Source of the DNA: Candidatus Bathyarchaeota archaeon
GTDB taxonomy: Archaea; Thermoproteota; Bathyarchaeia; 40CM-2-53-6
Direction: 5' to 3'
Length of the DNA: 32,848 nucleotides
Assembly: GCA_963706285.1 (NCBI GenBank)
Contig: CAVPLU010000020.1
Coordinates: forward strand, 1-32,848
In this document: positions 16,806-25,913 of the stretch, in pieces
Layout: each line of letters starts with the position of its first letter
Numbering within the stretch: position 1 is the first letter of the stretch
The notes under the pieces: model-generated
Databases searched by the model: none
What the model saw: only the letters and a program-made list of their open reading frames with translations
Told to the model about the DNA's origin: nothing
Made by a program: the position numbers and the translations under genes

Positions 16806-17598
16806 CCACATGTGATTCTATGTTACCTTCCCCTGCGCCTATCTGTCTGAAACACGAGGACTCAAACTTCGACAAAGCCTGCATGCTTGCCGATGATCTA
16901 CGATTTGAGTCGATGAACACATAGCAGTGGACTACCCCGCAACCATTCTTCAATGCACTTTTCGCTGTCGGAAGAGACTGCAATGCCAATTCAGGCAACG
17001 GCAGCAAGACTCGATCAGCGCATCCGTTGAGAAAAGAGGACACTAGTTGGTTCGCGTCTCCGCAGATCACATCTATTCTATCTCGTACTCGGTTGAGTAC
17101 GTTGTTCATGGCATGATAGCGAACGGCCACTGGGTTGATGTCGAGGGAATAGACTCTTGAGGGGTGTGAGTGCTTCGCGATCATTATTGAGAAAGATCCC
17201 ACTCCAGCGAAAAAATTTACAACACATTCTCCCTGAGAAACCAAATCAGCAATTCGCTTTCGTTCATGACTGAGTCTCGGTGAGAAATACATCGTCTCTA
17301 GGTCGACTCGGTATTGGCAGCCATGCTCGCGGTGCAGAGTCTCGGTCCGTTGCTCACCCGCCAACCATTCAAACTTCCGGGTTCGAAACTGCGAACTAAC
17401 CGGACTAGTCTGTTCCAAGACGACTTTGAGGTTAGGTGCTAGATCAAGTAGGCTCTCCGCAATTTGGTGCTTTTCATGCTGAAATTCGTCGGGAAGCTTC
17501 AGGATCGCTATGTCTCCAACTATGTCAACACCTTTTTTGAGACGAGAAAGCTGTCCCGTGTCTAGGCATTTCTTTGCAGATTTCGCGAGTAGCCTCAA
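16753..17598 (-). CDS. Trm5/Taw2-family (Met-10+) SAM-dependent tRNA modification enzyme, lacking the D1 domain; Taw21-like
   Basis: DIVGDIAILK, FRTR, HREHG, YFSPRL..ERKR, FAGVGSFSI, DINP, DRVLLPLP; directly downstream of taw1. Confidence 0.85.
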   Translation of the reverse strand: MRLLAKSAKKCLDTGQLSRLKKGVDIVGDIAILKLPDEFQHEKHQIAESLLDLAPNLKVVLEQTSPVSSQFRTRKFEWLAGEQRTETLHREHGCQYRVDLETMYFSPRLSHERKRIADLVSQGECVVNFFAGVGSFSIMIAKHSHPSRVYSLDINPVAVRYHAMNNVLNRVRDRIDVICGDANQLVSSFLNGCADRVLLPLPELALQSLPTAKSALKNGCGVVHCYVFIDSNRRSSASMQALSKFESSCFRQIGAGEGNIESHVVRSVGPCRYQVCLDVHM

Positions 17599-17634
17599 CG
17601 TCGAACGCCACCGATCACCATTGAGGCTTCAGTC

Positions 17635-18570
17635 TCACAATTTGTCAAGTGAGAGATCTAGCGTAGATGAATCTCGTGCGAGAAGAACGACCCTGCTTAC
17701 CGTGTCCTCGGCGACATACTCGTATCCCGTGATTCTCGCAATTCGGTTTGCGAATTCTCTGATCTCGGAGTGATATGGCATTGCAGTGATCGGTAGTCGT
17801 TGCTTCGATTCTCCTAGCCAACTGTATCCCTTGAGCTCGACGATATCCACTGCTCCCTCTGCTACAAGTCTCGAGTACTTCTCTGGGCCGTTCATGTTCT
17901 CTCCCTTCACGAGTGTGAGCCTCAAGATTGTTCGGGATCGTTCGAAGCGACGCATCAATCGAAGGCTCGTCAGAACTCTCTGCCACGCGTCGGAAATCAT
18001 TGGGTGAGTCACATTTTCGTACGTTTGACTATCTGGTCCACACAAGCTCAAGTACAGGTTCGTAGGCTCCGTCTTGCGTTCTGCAATCTCTTCGAGTCTT
18101 TCAGGCATGGTGCCGTTGGTTACCAGGAAAGATGTCATTCCCTTTCGATCGATCTCGCGGATGAGCGTCCCGATGTGTGGGTAGAGAGTTGGTTCCCCAT
18201 CGAGAGAGATTGCGACGTGCTTAGGGTTCATCGATTCTTCGAACAGTTTCCCCGTTACATGTGGATTTGCTTTGAAGCCAGAGAGGAGTTTCCGCTGTGC
18301 CATAATCGCTTCATCCAGAATCAAATCGGGAGGATCCCAAGCTTGTTCCGAGTTGAATCGTTCACCTGTGTGGAAGCGCCAACAGAAGATGCAACGTAGG
18401 TTACAGAACTGCAGTGAAGGAGTAAGCTGCAGGCACATGTGACTCTGGACACCATACCATCTCTTGTAGCATAGTCTGCGTCCCATGAGTGCAGAACGTG
18501 CCCATCTGCAGATCTGAATGCCTGAGTGTCTTCCCACAAGCCTGTAACCTGCTCTGAGGTATCTTCGTAG
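17635..18570 (-). CDS. taw1: 4-demethylwyosine synthase (Tyw1/Taw1 radical SAM); true start uncertain, called ORF starts at 18537
   Basis: GY.LVGRHS...ICRW, CYK..WYG..SH.C, CNLRCIFCWR, HVAISLDGEPTLYP, FLVTNG, VELKGY. Confidence 0.93.
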   Translation of the reverse strand, partial: LRRYLRAGYRLVGRHSGIQICRWARSALMGRRLCYKRWYGVQSHMCLQLTPSLQFCNLRCIFCWRFHTGERFNSEQAWDPPDLILDEAIMAQRKLLSGFKANPHVTGKLFEESMNPKHVAISLDGEPTLYPHIGTLIREIDRKGMTSFLVTNGTMPERLEEIAERKTEPTNLYLSLCGPDSQTYENVTHPMISDAWQRVLTSLRLMRRFERSRTILRLTLVKGENMNGPEKYSRLVAEGAVDIVELKGYSWLGESKQRLPITAMPYHSEIREFANRIARITGYEYVAEDTVSRVVLLARDSSTLDLSLDKL

Positions 18571-18705
18571 CGTGACCGGCCCGAAGCTCGACGGCGATCT
18601 GGCTGAGCGGAGATCTTGGCATCATTCTGGTTTGGGCCTCCGCATCGAGCAAGAATCTGCCGACCGCTTGACTGTTTTGAGTATGGTGAATTTGCCTCTT
18701 GATCT

Positions 18706-19848
18706 CTAACGATATGGGATGAATTCTCTGCCCAAGAGTTCTCTTGCGACGATCATCTTCATAATGTCTGATGTGCCGTCGCCGATCATGGCTCCTCTGA
18801 TTTCTCTCAAACGGTATTCGTCTAGAGTCTCTGTTGTGAAGCCTACTGCTCCGCGGTTCTGTATGCAGTCATTTACGACATTGAAGGCAACCTGAGGAAC
18901 CCAGAACTTTATCATGGCTGACTCTCTTGTGAATGGTTGCTTCTTGTCCTTCAGCCAGAATGTTTTGTAGCAGAGGAGTCTAGCTGCCTGGAGGGTCGTG
19001 TAGTCCTCGGCGATTCGAAATTGAACCGATTCGAACTTGCCAATAGGGCTTCCAAAGGCTTTCCTTTGCTTCACATATTCCATGGACTCCTCAAGCGCTG
19101 CCTCAGCCATCCCGACTGTCCAGAGGGCTATGTATGCCCGCATGAGGTCGAAGGTTTCCATGACGTAGTAGAAGCCCTTGTTTTCCTCTCCGATCAGGTT
19201 GCTCGCGGGGACGACCACGTCCTTGAGTACGAATCCTCCGAATGAGAACAACCTCCATCCAAGGGCGTCAAACAGATACTTCTCAAGGCCCGGGCGATCA
19301 GTCTCGACGAGAAACATGCTGACTCCCTTTGCGTCGTTCCTCTGTCCTGTTCTAGCCATGAGACAATATGCGGCGCATTCGTTGATGCCTGTGATGCACT
19401 GCTTCTCGCCGTTGATCACATATTCATCGCTTTTCTTCACGGCGCGGGTTGAGATTGATCCCGCGTCCGAGCCTACACCGGGCTCTGTTGAGGCGACACC
19501 AAGCATCTTCTCACCGCTCGCGAGCGAGCGCAGCCACTTGTCCTTCAGCTGCTGGGATCCATGCAAGTAGAGTATCTCCGCCATGATGTCGCCGAGGGGG
19601 ATCTGCCACCCGGCTCGGGCAAGCTCTTCAACGGCGATCGCCATGGTCGTCGCATCGGATTCTTGACCACCATATTCCTTCGGCAGTCTCAGCCCAAGCA
19701 AGCCAGCCTTGCCCATCTTCCGGTAGATTTCCCACGGAAACTGGCCTTTTCGCTCATACTCGCGGATCTTCGGAGCGACCTCTTTCTGCGCGAACTCACG
19801 GACGGTGCGTCTGAAGAGTTCCTGCTCATTAGTGAAATTGAAATCCAA
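18706..19848 (-). CDS. acyl-CoA dehydrogenase, cyclohexanecarboxyl-CoA dehydrogenase-like (probable start TTG 19848; ORF open to 19890)
   Basis: TEPGVGSD, INGEKQCIT, R.AFG.PI..F..VQF, and C-terminal IGDGT..IMK in place of the usual IYEGT. Confidence 0.9.
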   Translation of the reverse strand: MDFNFTNEQELFRRTVREFAQKEVAPKIREYERKGQFPWEIYRKMGKAGLLGLRLPKEYGGQESDATTMAIAVEELARAGWQIPLGDIMAEILYLHGSQQLKDKWLRSLASGEKMLGVASTEPGVGSDAGSISTRAVKKSDEYVINGEKQCITGINECAAYCLMARTGQRNDAKGVSMFLVETDRPGLEKYLFDALGWRLFSFGGFVLKDVVVPASNLIGEENKGFYYVMETFDLMRAYIALWTVGMAEAALEESMEYVKQRKAFGSPIGKFESVQFRIAEDYTTLQAARLLCYKTFWLKDKKQPFTRESAMIKFWVPQVAFNVVNDCIQNRGAVGFTTETLDEYRLREIRGAMIGDGTSDIMKMIVARELLGREFIPYR

Positions 19849-19936
19849 TGCTCCCTGCTCCACCACAAAGGCAATTGTCCTATTCTTCACACCGCTGATA
19901 AGCTTGCCCTTGACTGATCGATGCGCTGCAAGGTGT

Positions 19937-20542
19937 TCAGCTCACAGGATCAAACTTAACGACTTTCCGTGGGATCGTCTTCAATGAAGTGCGGCTTGAA
20001 ACTTGTCACGCATCAGTCAGAAAGTCAGCCAAGAATCAAATGGAAGCCCGCCCTTGAAGCAGCACTCGCTCAGAAGATCCTTTGCGTCGTAGTTGCTTTC
20101 CATCGAGACCTGAGGAAGGATCAAGCCGCTGGCCAAACCATATTGAATAATTAGGCCGTCTCTCCTAGCACGATTCTCTTCGGATACTCATTGCCATTCG
20201 CACGCTCAGTAATTCGGGTTTAGTGAGCACGACTTACCTCAAACAGCAAATTGCAACCGATTAATTTTGAAGGTGTGCGATGTGGTGATGCGGACGGCGC
20301 GGCCGATCGGCAATCGACAAGGCAGCAGTTTGAAGGGAAAGGGGTATCGAGCAACCTAGTATCTCTATGCCTTTCGTCCAGGAAATGTCTGGGGATCTCG
20401 CGACCCTCACGAACACCCCGTGCCTTTCCCACAAGTCTGCAGGAACATCAGGTGGTAGCGGGGTGCGCTCAGCCTCAGTCAGCGTCATGACGAAGGCATT
20501 CCTAGATAGCCTGACCAAGTACTCAAATTCCTGATGAAGCAT
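19937..20542 (-). pseudogene. AMMECR1/PH0010-family gene broken by several frameshifts (pseudogene or sequencing error)
   Basis: Stitched frames give EYLVRLSR..PPDVPADLWERHGVFV..ILGC..FEVS/VLTKPELL..YPKRIVLG/DGLII..SGLILPQV..LSECCFK/G...DSWL, colinear with the archaeal AMMECR1 family. Confidence 0.8.
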
Positions 20543-20659
20543 GGTCAAAGCATCGTCTAACGTACAGGGATTGCTGGACTCAGCTTCAGACGATAAGTAC
20601 TCTATCAAGGCAGCTATTATATTCCCGTCAAAATGCTTTCGATGTGAGCTCCAACTGCA

Positions 20660-21656
20660 ATGCAGTACGATGTTTTGCTAATACATCCCCCAGCAATCTA
20701 CGACTTCCGGAAGAGAATAACATTTCCGGGACCGATAGCTCATACATTGGCTGAGAGCACAGACCAATTCATAACGATTCCGTTCGGAATGCTGACAAGC
20801 ATTGCGGATTATCTCGACAGAAACGGGTACAAAACTTTTGTTGACAACGTGGGCTTCGAATGGTGGGCAGTGACGAGTTCGACGCTGAGAGCCACCTGCA
20901 ATGAACACGCCCGCGAGCGTCTACGCCATCGACCTACATTGGATAGTCCACTGTCAAGGGGCAATGGAACTAGCAAGATTATGCAAAAGGCTCCCGCCCG
21001 GACTCTCTCGTGGTTCTTGGCGGACTCACTGCCACTTGCTTCCACGCTGAGATTCTTCAGAAATTCGAATTCGTGGACGCGGTCATCCGAGGCGAAGCAG
21101 AGAGGCCTCTCTTGCAGCTCGTTAGGAATATGGAGGGCAAGAAACCGCTGAGTTTGACTCCAACGTGTAACATGCCGAAGCAACAAACGCAGGGTCTCTG
21201 TGGCTCCGCTCATGAAACCAAGCGTGAACCTGGACGATTTCGAGTTCACGAGATTGGACCTCTCGGACCCAAGAGTTCCATACCTATTTGGCTTTCCCAA
21301 TTAGCGCGATCCTGGAATGCATAGAGAAGCCCATATGCGAGAGAGAGAAATTTGGAATATACGGGAAGACTGAGGCCACTGCACACCGCTTCAAAGTAGT
21401 TGCGGAAGGGATCGTGATTCAAGAGATAGATCGCATGCTCTCGCTCGACGAGACCGAGCAGCAGACAAGGCTAAGGTCGTTGAGAAGCGCTTTTGATGAA
21501 TACGTCTCACGTAAGACGCCTCTATCAAAGGACGACCCATATGGTTATCGACGACGAATGAAAGACGCATCTCGTTTGTCCATTGGCCTGATGGAAGGCG
21601 GAGACATCGACCATTTCGCAGCAGATATATTCCAACTCAGGAGTGCTCGAAGGTAA
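20660..21656 (+). pseudogene. B12-binding radical SAM paralog (Ta0216-like), frameshifted and missing the central radical SAM domain
   Basis: N-term DVLLIHPP..YDFR..FPGPI, IDLHW..H, VLGGLTATCF..EI..VIRGEAE, NLDDFEFT in shifting frames; then jumps to the family C-terminal helix (EKFGIY..IQEIDRML); no CxxxCxxC. Confidence 0.8.
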
Positions 21657-21695
21657 CAGGCCCCCAGATCGACAGATGAAGTCATCCTGCCTCAA

Positions 21696-21722
21696 CAATC
21701 CCCCATCAGCAATCCCCCATCA
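21696..21722. repeat. short direct repeat CAATCCCCCATCA x2 (14-bp period)
   Basis: Directly visible, intergenic. Confidence 0.8.
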
Positions 21723-21916
21723 ACATCTCTCATCCCGGAACCTAAGAGTCCTTCAACTGACTTAGGTCTGGTATCTAGACAGGTTCCTTACGTCCCTTTC
21801 TTGAGCTCTGTAAGGCGTATCAGACAAACCTGCGTTCATTAAGGTTCTATCTGTCAGCAGAAGTTTCATATCGCCCCCTGCTATCTCCTGACGCGCTTCA
21901 GAATCCGTGAATTCAA

Positions 21917-23524
21917 ATGCGAACCGGAGTAATACTTCTCGCATCTTCTGCTTCCAAAGAAGCTGATCGCTTGTACGCAGGCTTGGAAGCGAACGGCATC
22001 CCGGCTTTTCAATGCACGTTGGATGATGTGGAAGAAGCCCACGAGACAATCACGTATTTCGTTGTTGACAATCGCCTCGAAAGCATCGTCGTAGCGAGCA
22101 ACTTAGGAGTCTCTCCACCGGAGTTTTTGGAGCGCATCATTGAAGAAGCCGGGATAGGGCGCCTTGCCGTCAGCTGGGTTGACCTCACTTCTCTTCTTGG
22201 GGAACAGCCTTCTGAGGGTGCTTACGATTCTGCGAACATGCTAATCATGGTCAACCTTGCAAGGCTGCAGCACGCCGATCTTACAAGAGATGCAGTATTC
22301 AGGAGCTTGCCTAGAAATTCCAAAGTCTCTCGGAGGGAGCTGTTCAGATTCCTTCCAAGAGTTCTGAAAGTGGAATCAAACATACCGATAGTTCTTCATG
22401 AGAAATGTGGAGCTCGTTCACAGACGTGTGATTACTGCAGGCTAGCCTGTCCTGTGAAAGCCGTATCCGTGACGGGAAGCACACTCGCGATCAGTAACGG
22501 ACTGTGCACCGAGTGCGGGGCATGCGCACGAGAATGCCCAATCGGGGCTATACAGTGTCCGTCATTTTCTGACGTTCAGATGATCGCAATGCTGAACGCA
22601 CTTTCAAGTAATAAACTCGCAACAGACAAACGAGCTCTAACGCTTACATGCCATAAGGGCTTTGAAAAGTTGTTGAACGAAAGCAAAGGAGGCAAACACC
22701 TAGGATCGGGTATTGTTCCGGTTCAGATTCCATGCGTTGCATCCGTCGGAAGCGTTCACTACCTGTGGTCAGCATCGGTTGGAGTCACATTGGTGACTGT
22801 CTGCCCTGACACCTCGTGCAACAAGGCCATGGCAATGCTCCCGAGGCATCAACACGCCGCTTATTCAGAGGACTTGCTGAAGAACACAGTAAGAGACAGA
22901 TCTGCGAGCGTCTACCATATTGCCCTAAATGCGAATGATTCATTGGTCGATTCTATCTCACGAACGGTCACACTGATCCATCCTGTTGACACGTCCGTGG
23001 AGCTGAGATTCTCTCGACGGGAAGCCGTCTTGGATGGCATTAGAGCACTTGGTGCCGGCGAAGACACATTCGTCGACCTGTCCGGGGATGACGTACTTCC
23101 GCTTTTCGACTTGAAAGTTGACGATGAACGATGCAGCTTCTGCGAGTTCTGCAAGAGAGATTGTCCTGATCACGCGATCGAGTTCACGAAGAACGAGGCC
23201 TCGACGAGCCTCATGTTCGACCCTGCCCTATGCGGAGGCTGCATGATCTGTGAGAAGAACTGCCCTGAACATGCCATTGGTCTGTCGAGACTACGAGAAT
23301 TCTCCGCGATCCTAGTGAGAAAGAACGTGGAAAAGGCGCGTGATGAGAACGCCAAATGCGAAAACTGCGGCACCACTTTGGGTTCAAAGCGAAGCCTAAC
23401 TCTTCTTAGGAAGCGACTCTCGGAACAAGGAATCGCAGACTCAGCGCTTAGAACGGTGGGTCTGTGTATTCAATGCAAGAAGGAAGCGATTCTCAGACCA
23501 CTCGGGCAATATATGTCGAACTGA
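21917..23524 (+). CDS. polyferredoxin with several 4Fe-4S motifs and a central MvhD/FlpD-like domain; probable Mo-enzyme accessory protein
   Basis: CxxCxxxCP and CxxCxxCxxxCP motifs (four), central LTC...IPC..VC...C region, C-terminal CENC/CIQC, internal SRRELFRFL. Confidence 0.85.
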   Translation: MRTGVILLASSASKEADRLYAGLEANGIPAFQCTLDDVEEAHETITYFVVDNRLESIVVASNLGVSPPEFLERIIEEAGIGRLAVSWVDLTSLLGEQPSEGAYDSANMLIMVNLARLQHADLTRDAVFRSLPRNSKVSRRELFRFLPRVLKVESNIPIVLHEKCGARSQTCDYCRLACPVKAVSVTGSTLAISNGLCTECGACARECPIGAIQCPSFSDVQMIAMLNALSSNKLATDKRALTLTCHKGFEKLLNESKGGKHLGSGIVPVQIPCVASVGSVHYLWSASVGVTLVTVCPDTSCNKAMAMLPRHQHAAYSEDLLKNTVRDRSASVYHIALNANDSLVDSISRTVTLIHPVDTSVELRFSRREAVLDGIRALGAGEDTFVDLSGDDVLPLFDLKVDDERCSFCEFCKRDCPDHAIEFTKNEASTSLMFDPALCGGCMICEKNCPEHAIGLSRLREFSAILVRKNVEKARDENAKCENCGTTLGSKRSLTLLRKRLSEQGIADSALRTVGLCIQCKKEAILRPLGQYMSN

Positions 23525-23737
23525 CCGGACGAAAAAGACATCTTGGGCTGGACTCGTGTTGCATAATGAGCTGGCAGACTTTCGAATATGGGAAGAATTC
23601 ACGCGCGTTCACGACGCGACCAAGATCGAGAAACAATGATAAGCAATTCTTCGGAAACAACTTGACTTGAGAGTCCTCCAGATAGAGGAAACCGATAAAT
23701 CAACCATAACATCTTCCTCGAGGCCACGGCGATAGAT

Positions 23738-24577
23738 ATGGTCCGGTTGCCATTCAGGCGAAAGAAGTTGTCCGCAAAGCGTGTGGCCAAGCCGAGACCC
23801 AGACCTCCTGAGAAACCGACAGAGATTGCAATCTTCAAGGAGAAATCAAGTACCCCTGGGGAACCGTGGCCAATGCGACTGTTAGGGCGGGGTCCAGATC
23901 CGCGGTCACGGACCGTGCAGGCAAGTTCGAAATCCGAGCCATAGACGCAGGCACATACACCGTCAGCTGTGGAACCGCCGTTCCCAGGTTATGATGCAAC
24001 GCCTCAGAAAGTGATAGTCGATGCTGGCCAAACAAAGATCGTTTACTTCTTCTTGGACTACGCCCAGACCACTGTGCACGGCTACGTGTACGGCAAGGAT
24101 GGAAAACCAATTGCAGGAGCTATTCTATCAGGAGTGATGTGCGGCAAAGACATGAAAGACACGGCAACTGACGGGACGGGCTACTTCAAGTTTGATGATG
24201 CAAGACCTGGAAACCTGTTCATCCGGGTCAATGCGCCAGGGTACCTGGGCGAGACGCGAGATTTCGCTGCCGAGAAGGGCGAGAAGACGAAGCTTGAGTT
24301 CCATTTGACTCCCGGTACCTGCAAGATCTCTGGGATTGTGTCAGATGAGAAAGGCGTCCCGCTAAGTGGTGAGGTTCTTCTTTCTTCAGAGTCCGGGATC
24401 ATACTCCAGAAGGCCCCGTCGAACGCCGAAACTGGATACTACGAGTTTTCTGCTGTGCCAGGGACCTATAACATTCTGGCTAACGCACGGAGTTATTCAT
24501 CGGGAGGGTGGCGAGGGCCGGTTTCAGCAGACACCAAAGTGGATGTCAAGCTTAAGCCGATACCGGAGATTGGGTAA
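23738..24577 (+). CDS. protein with three carboxypeptidase-regulatory-like (Cna-B/prealbumin-like) domains; two compensating frameshifts near 23839 and 23968
   Basis: Intermediate frame reads GEIKYPWGTVANATV..AVTDRAGKFEI..GTYTVS and links ORF 23738 to ORF 23969, which share a frame; repeats G.V....G.P..GA / TD..G.F / PG.Y. Confidence 0.75.
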
Positions 24578-25068
24578 GACTATACTCAAGGTGCCTTGGT
24601 TTCCGTCCCCGGTGCGAGGCTTCAATTCCACAGGGAGTCACGATCCTTGTTGCGTACTCTCTTGTCGCTTTGAGCACTCAACGCACGTAGGCCGCAACTC
24701 CTCAATGGAATCTCGTTAACACGAGCCTTGGCAGTCATACAGGCTGTTGCATTTGTCCCCCTTCGAAACGGAATCGCTTCGCCGAAGGGATTTGGTCCAG
24801 TGTGGCTGTTGCTTGAAAGAGTATTTGTTGGGAACCTAAGGCGATCACCCTTCGTGGGTGGACTTCGAGATGTGACGCGCCCCCTGGCACATCCGCAACA
24901 GAAGCGATCACCATCGGAGACAACAGCGCGAGCATAGCAAACGCCGTTGGAATTCCGTTCTCTCTAAGATTCCACTCCTTAGGAGGTCTGCAAGGCGGGT
25001 GAAGCTTTGGTTGTTCAAAGCAGTGGGAAGCGGAAAACATATCTGACCTCCATACGAGTTGGGCGCCT

Positions 25069-25548
25069 ATGTCCGAGTCTCCAGAAGTCTTGGCAGCGAT
25101 AGGCAAGAAACTGAGAGGAAAGAGACTGCTCGTAGGCAGGAAGATAGGACAGAGCAGACTCGACGTACTCGGCGCGAGCCTGAGGGTAGAAGCGAAACCG
25201 CACAAGTATCCGACCGGCGGAAGCGTGTTGGCATGGGAAAGAGGCCTGCTGAGTAGGTTTCGCGAAGGTGAATTCGACTCAATAATCCTTCACAGGTTCC
25301 TCTACAAGCCTGTGAAAGACTACATTGAGGATCCAGAACAGATCCTGAGCGAGGTGAGAAGAATTCTTCCCAAGGGCGGAGTACTTGTAGTCAATTCCTA
25401 CCTGTTGAATGATGTGACAAAAGGTTTTCGATCCGCCGAGACTTTCTACACCGAACAAGAAATGACGGACATCATGAAAGGGCAACGTTTCAAGAAAGTC
25501 TCACAGCTTCGAGTCGCCGATGCTTTATTCTTCGTGTGTGAAAACTAG
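25069..25548 (+). CDS. class I SAM-dependent methyltransferase-like protein (degenerate motif I)
   Basis: F.EGEFDSII..., EDPEQILSEVRRILPKGGVLVV. Confidence 0.7.
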   Translation: MSESPEVLAAIGKKLRGKRLLVGRKIGQSRLDVLGASLRVEAKPHKYPTGGSVLAWERGLLSRFREGEFDSIILHRFLYKPVKDYIEDPEQILSEVRRILPKGGVLVVNSYLLNDVTKGFRSAETFYTEQEMTDIMKGQRFKKVSQLRVADALFFVCEN

Positions 25549-25913
25549 GTGAACTCCACTAGATATGCGAGCTGTTGCACTGCTGGTACATATGACTGAC
25601 CATACGAGCTCGAGTGATCCGGATTGTCATGGTCTTGCGATGAGTTCGTGCGAAAAGGGAGTCTCTCGGACATCCTCTGAATCAGGCTTCTGCTGGATGC
25701 CTTCACGCTGGCATACTTCAGCTGTCAGCTCGACACTTGCCACGTGCTGTGCGACAATACAGTGACTACCTCAAGAGAGAAAGTCATATATTCATTCCGG
25801 GCGCTGACTCGAATTCATGCTCTGCTCTAGAGCAAGAACGAATGAGAAGGGTTTTGTCGTCTTTGACGCTGAGCTAGGCAGCGCAACAAACTGAAGAGGA
25901 AAGTTAGGGAAAA

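Noticed and set aside
24578-25068. Short ORFs 24728..24937 and 24735..25205
   Set aside because: No recognisable motifs, and one overlaps the methyltransferase antisense; unsupported.
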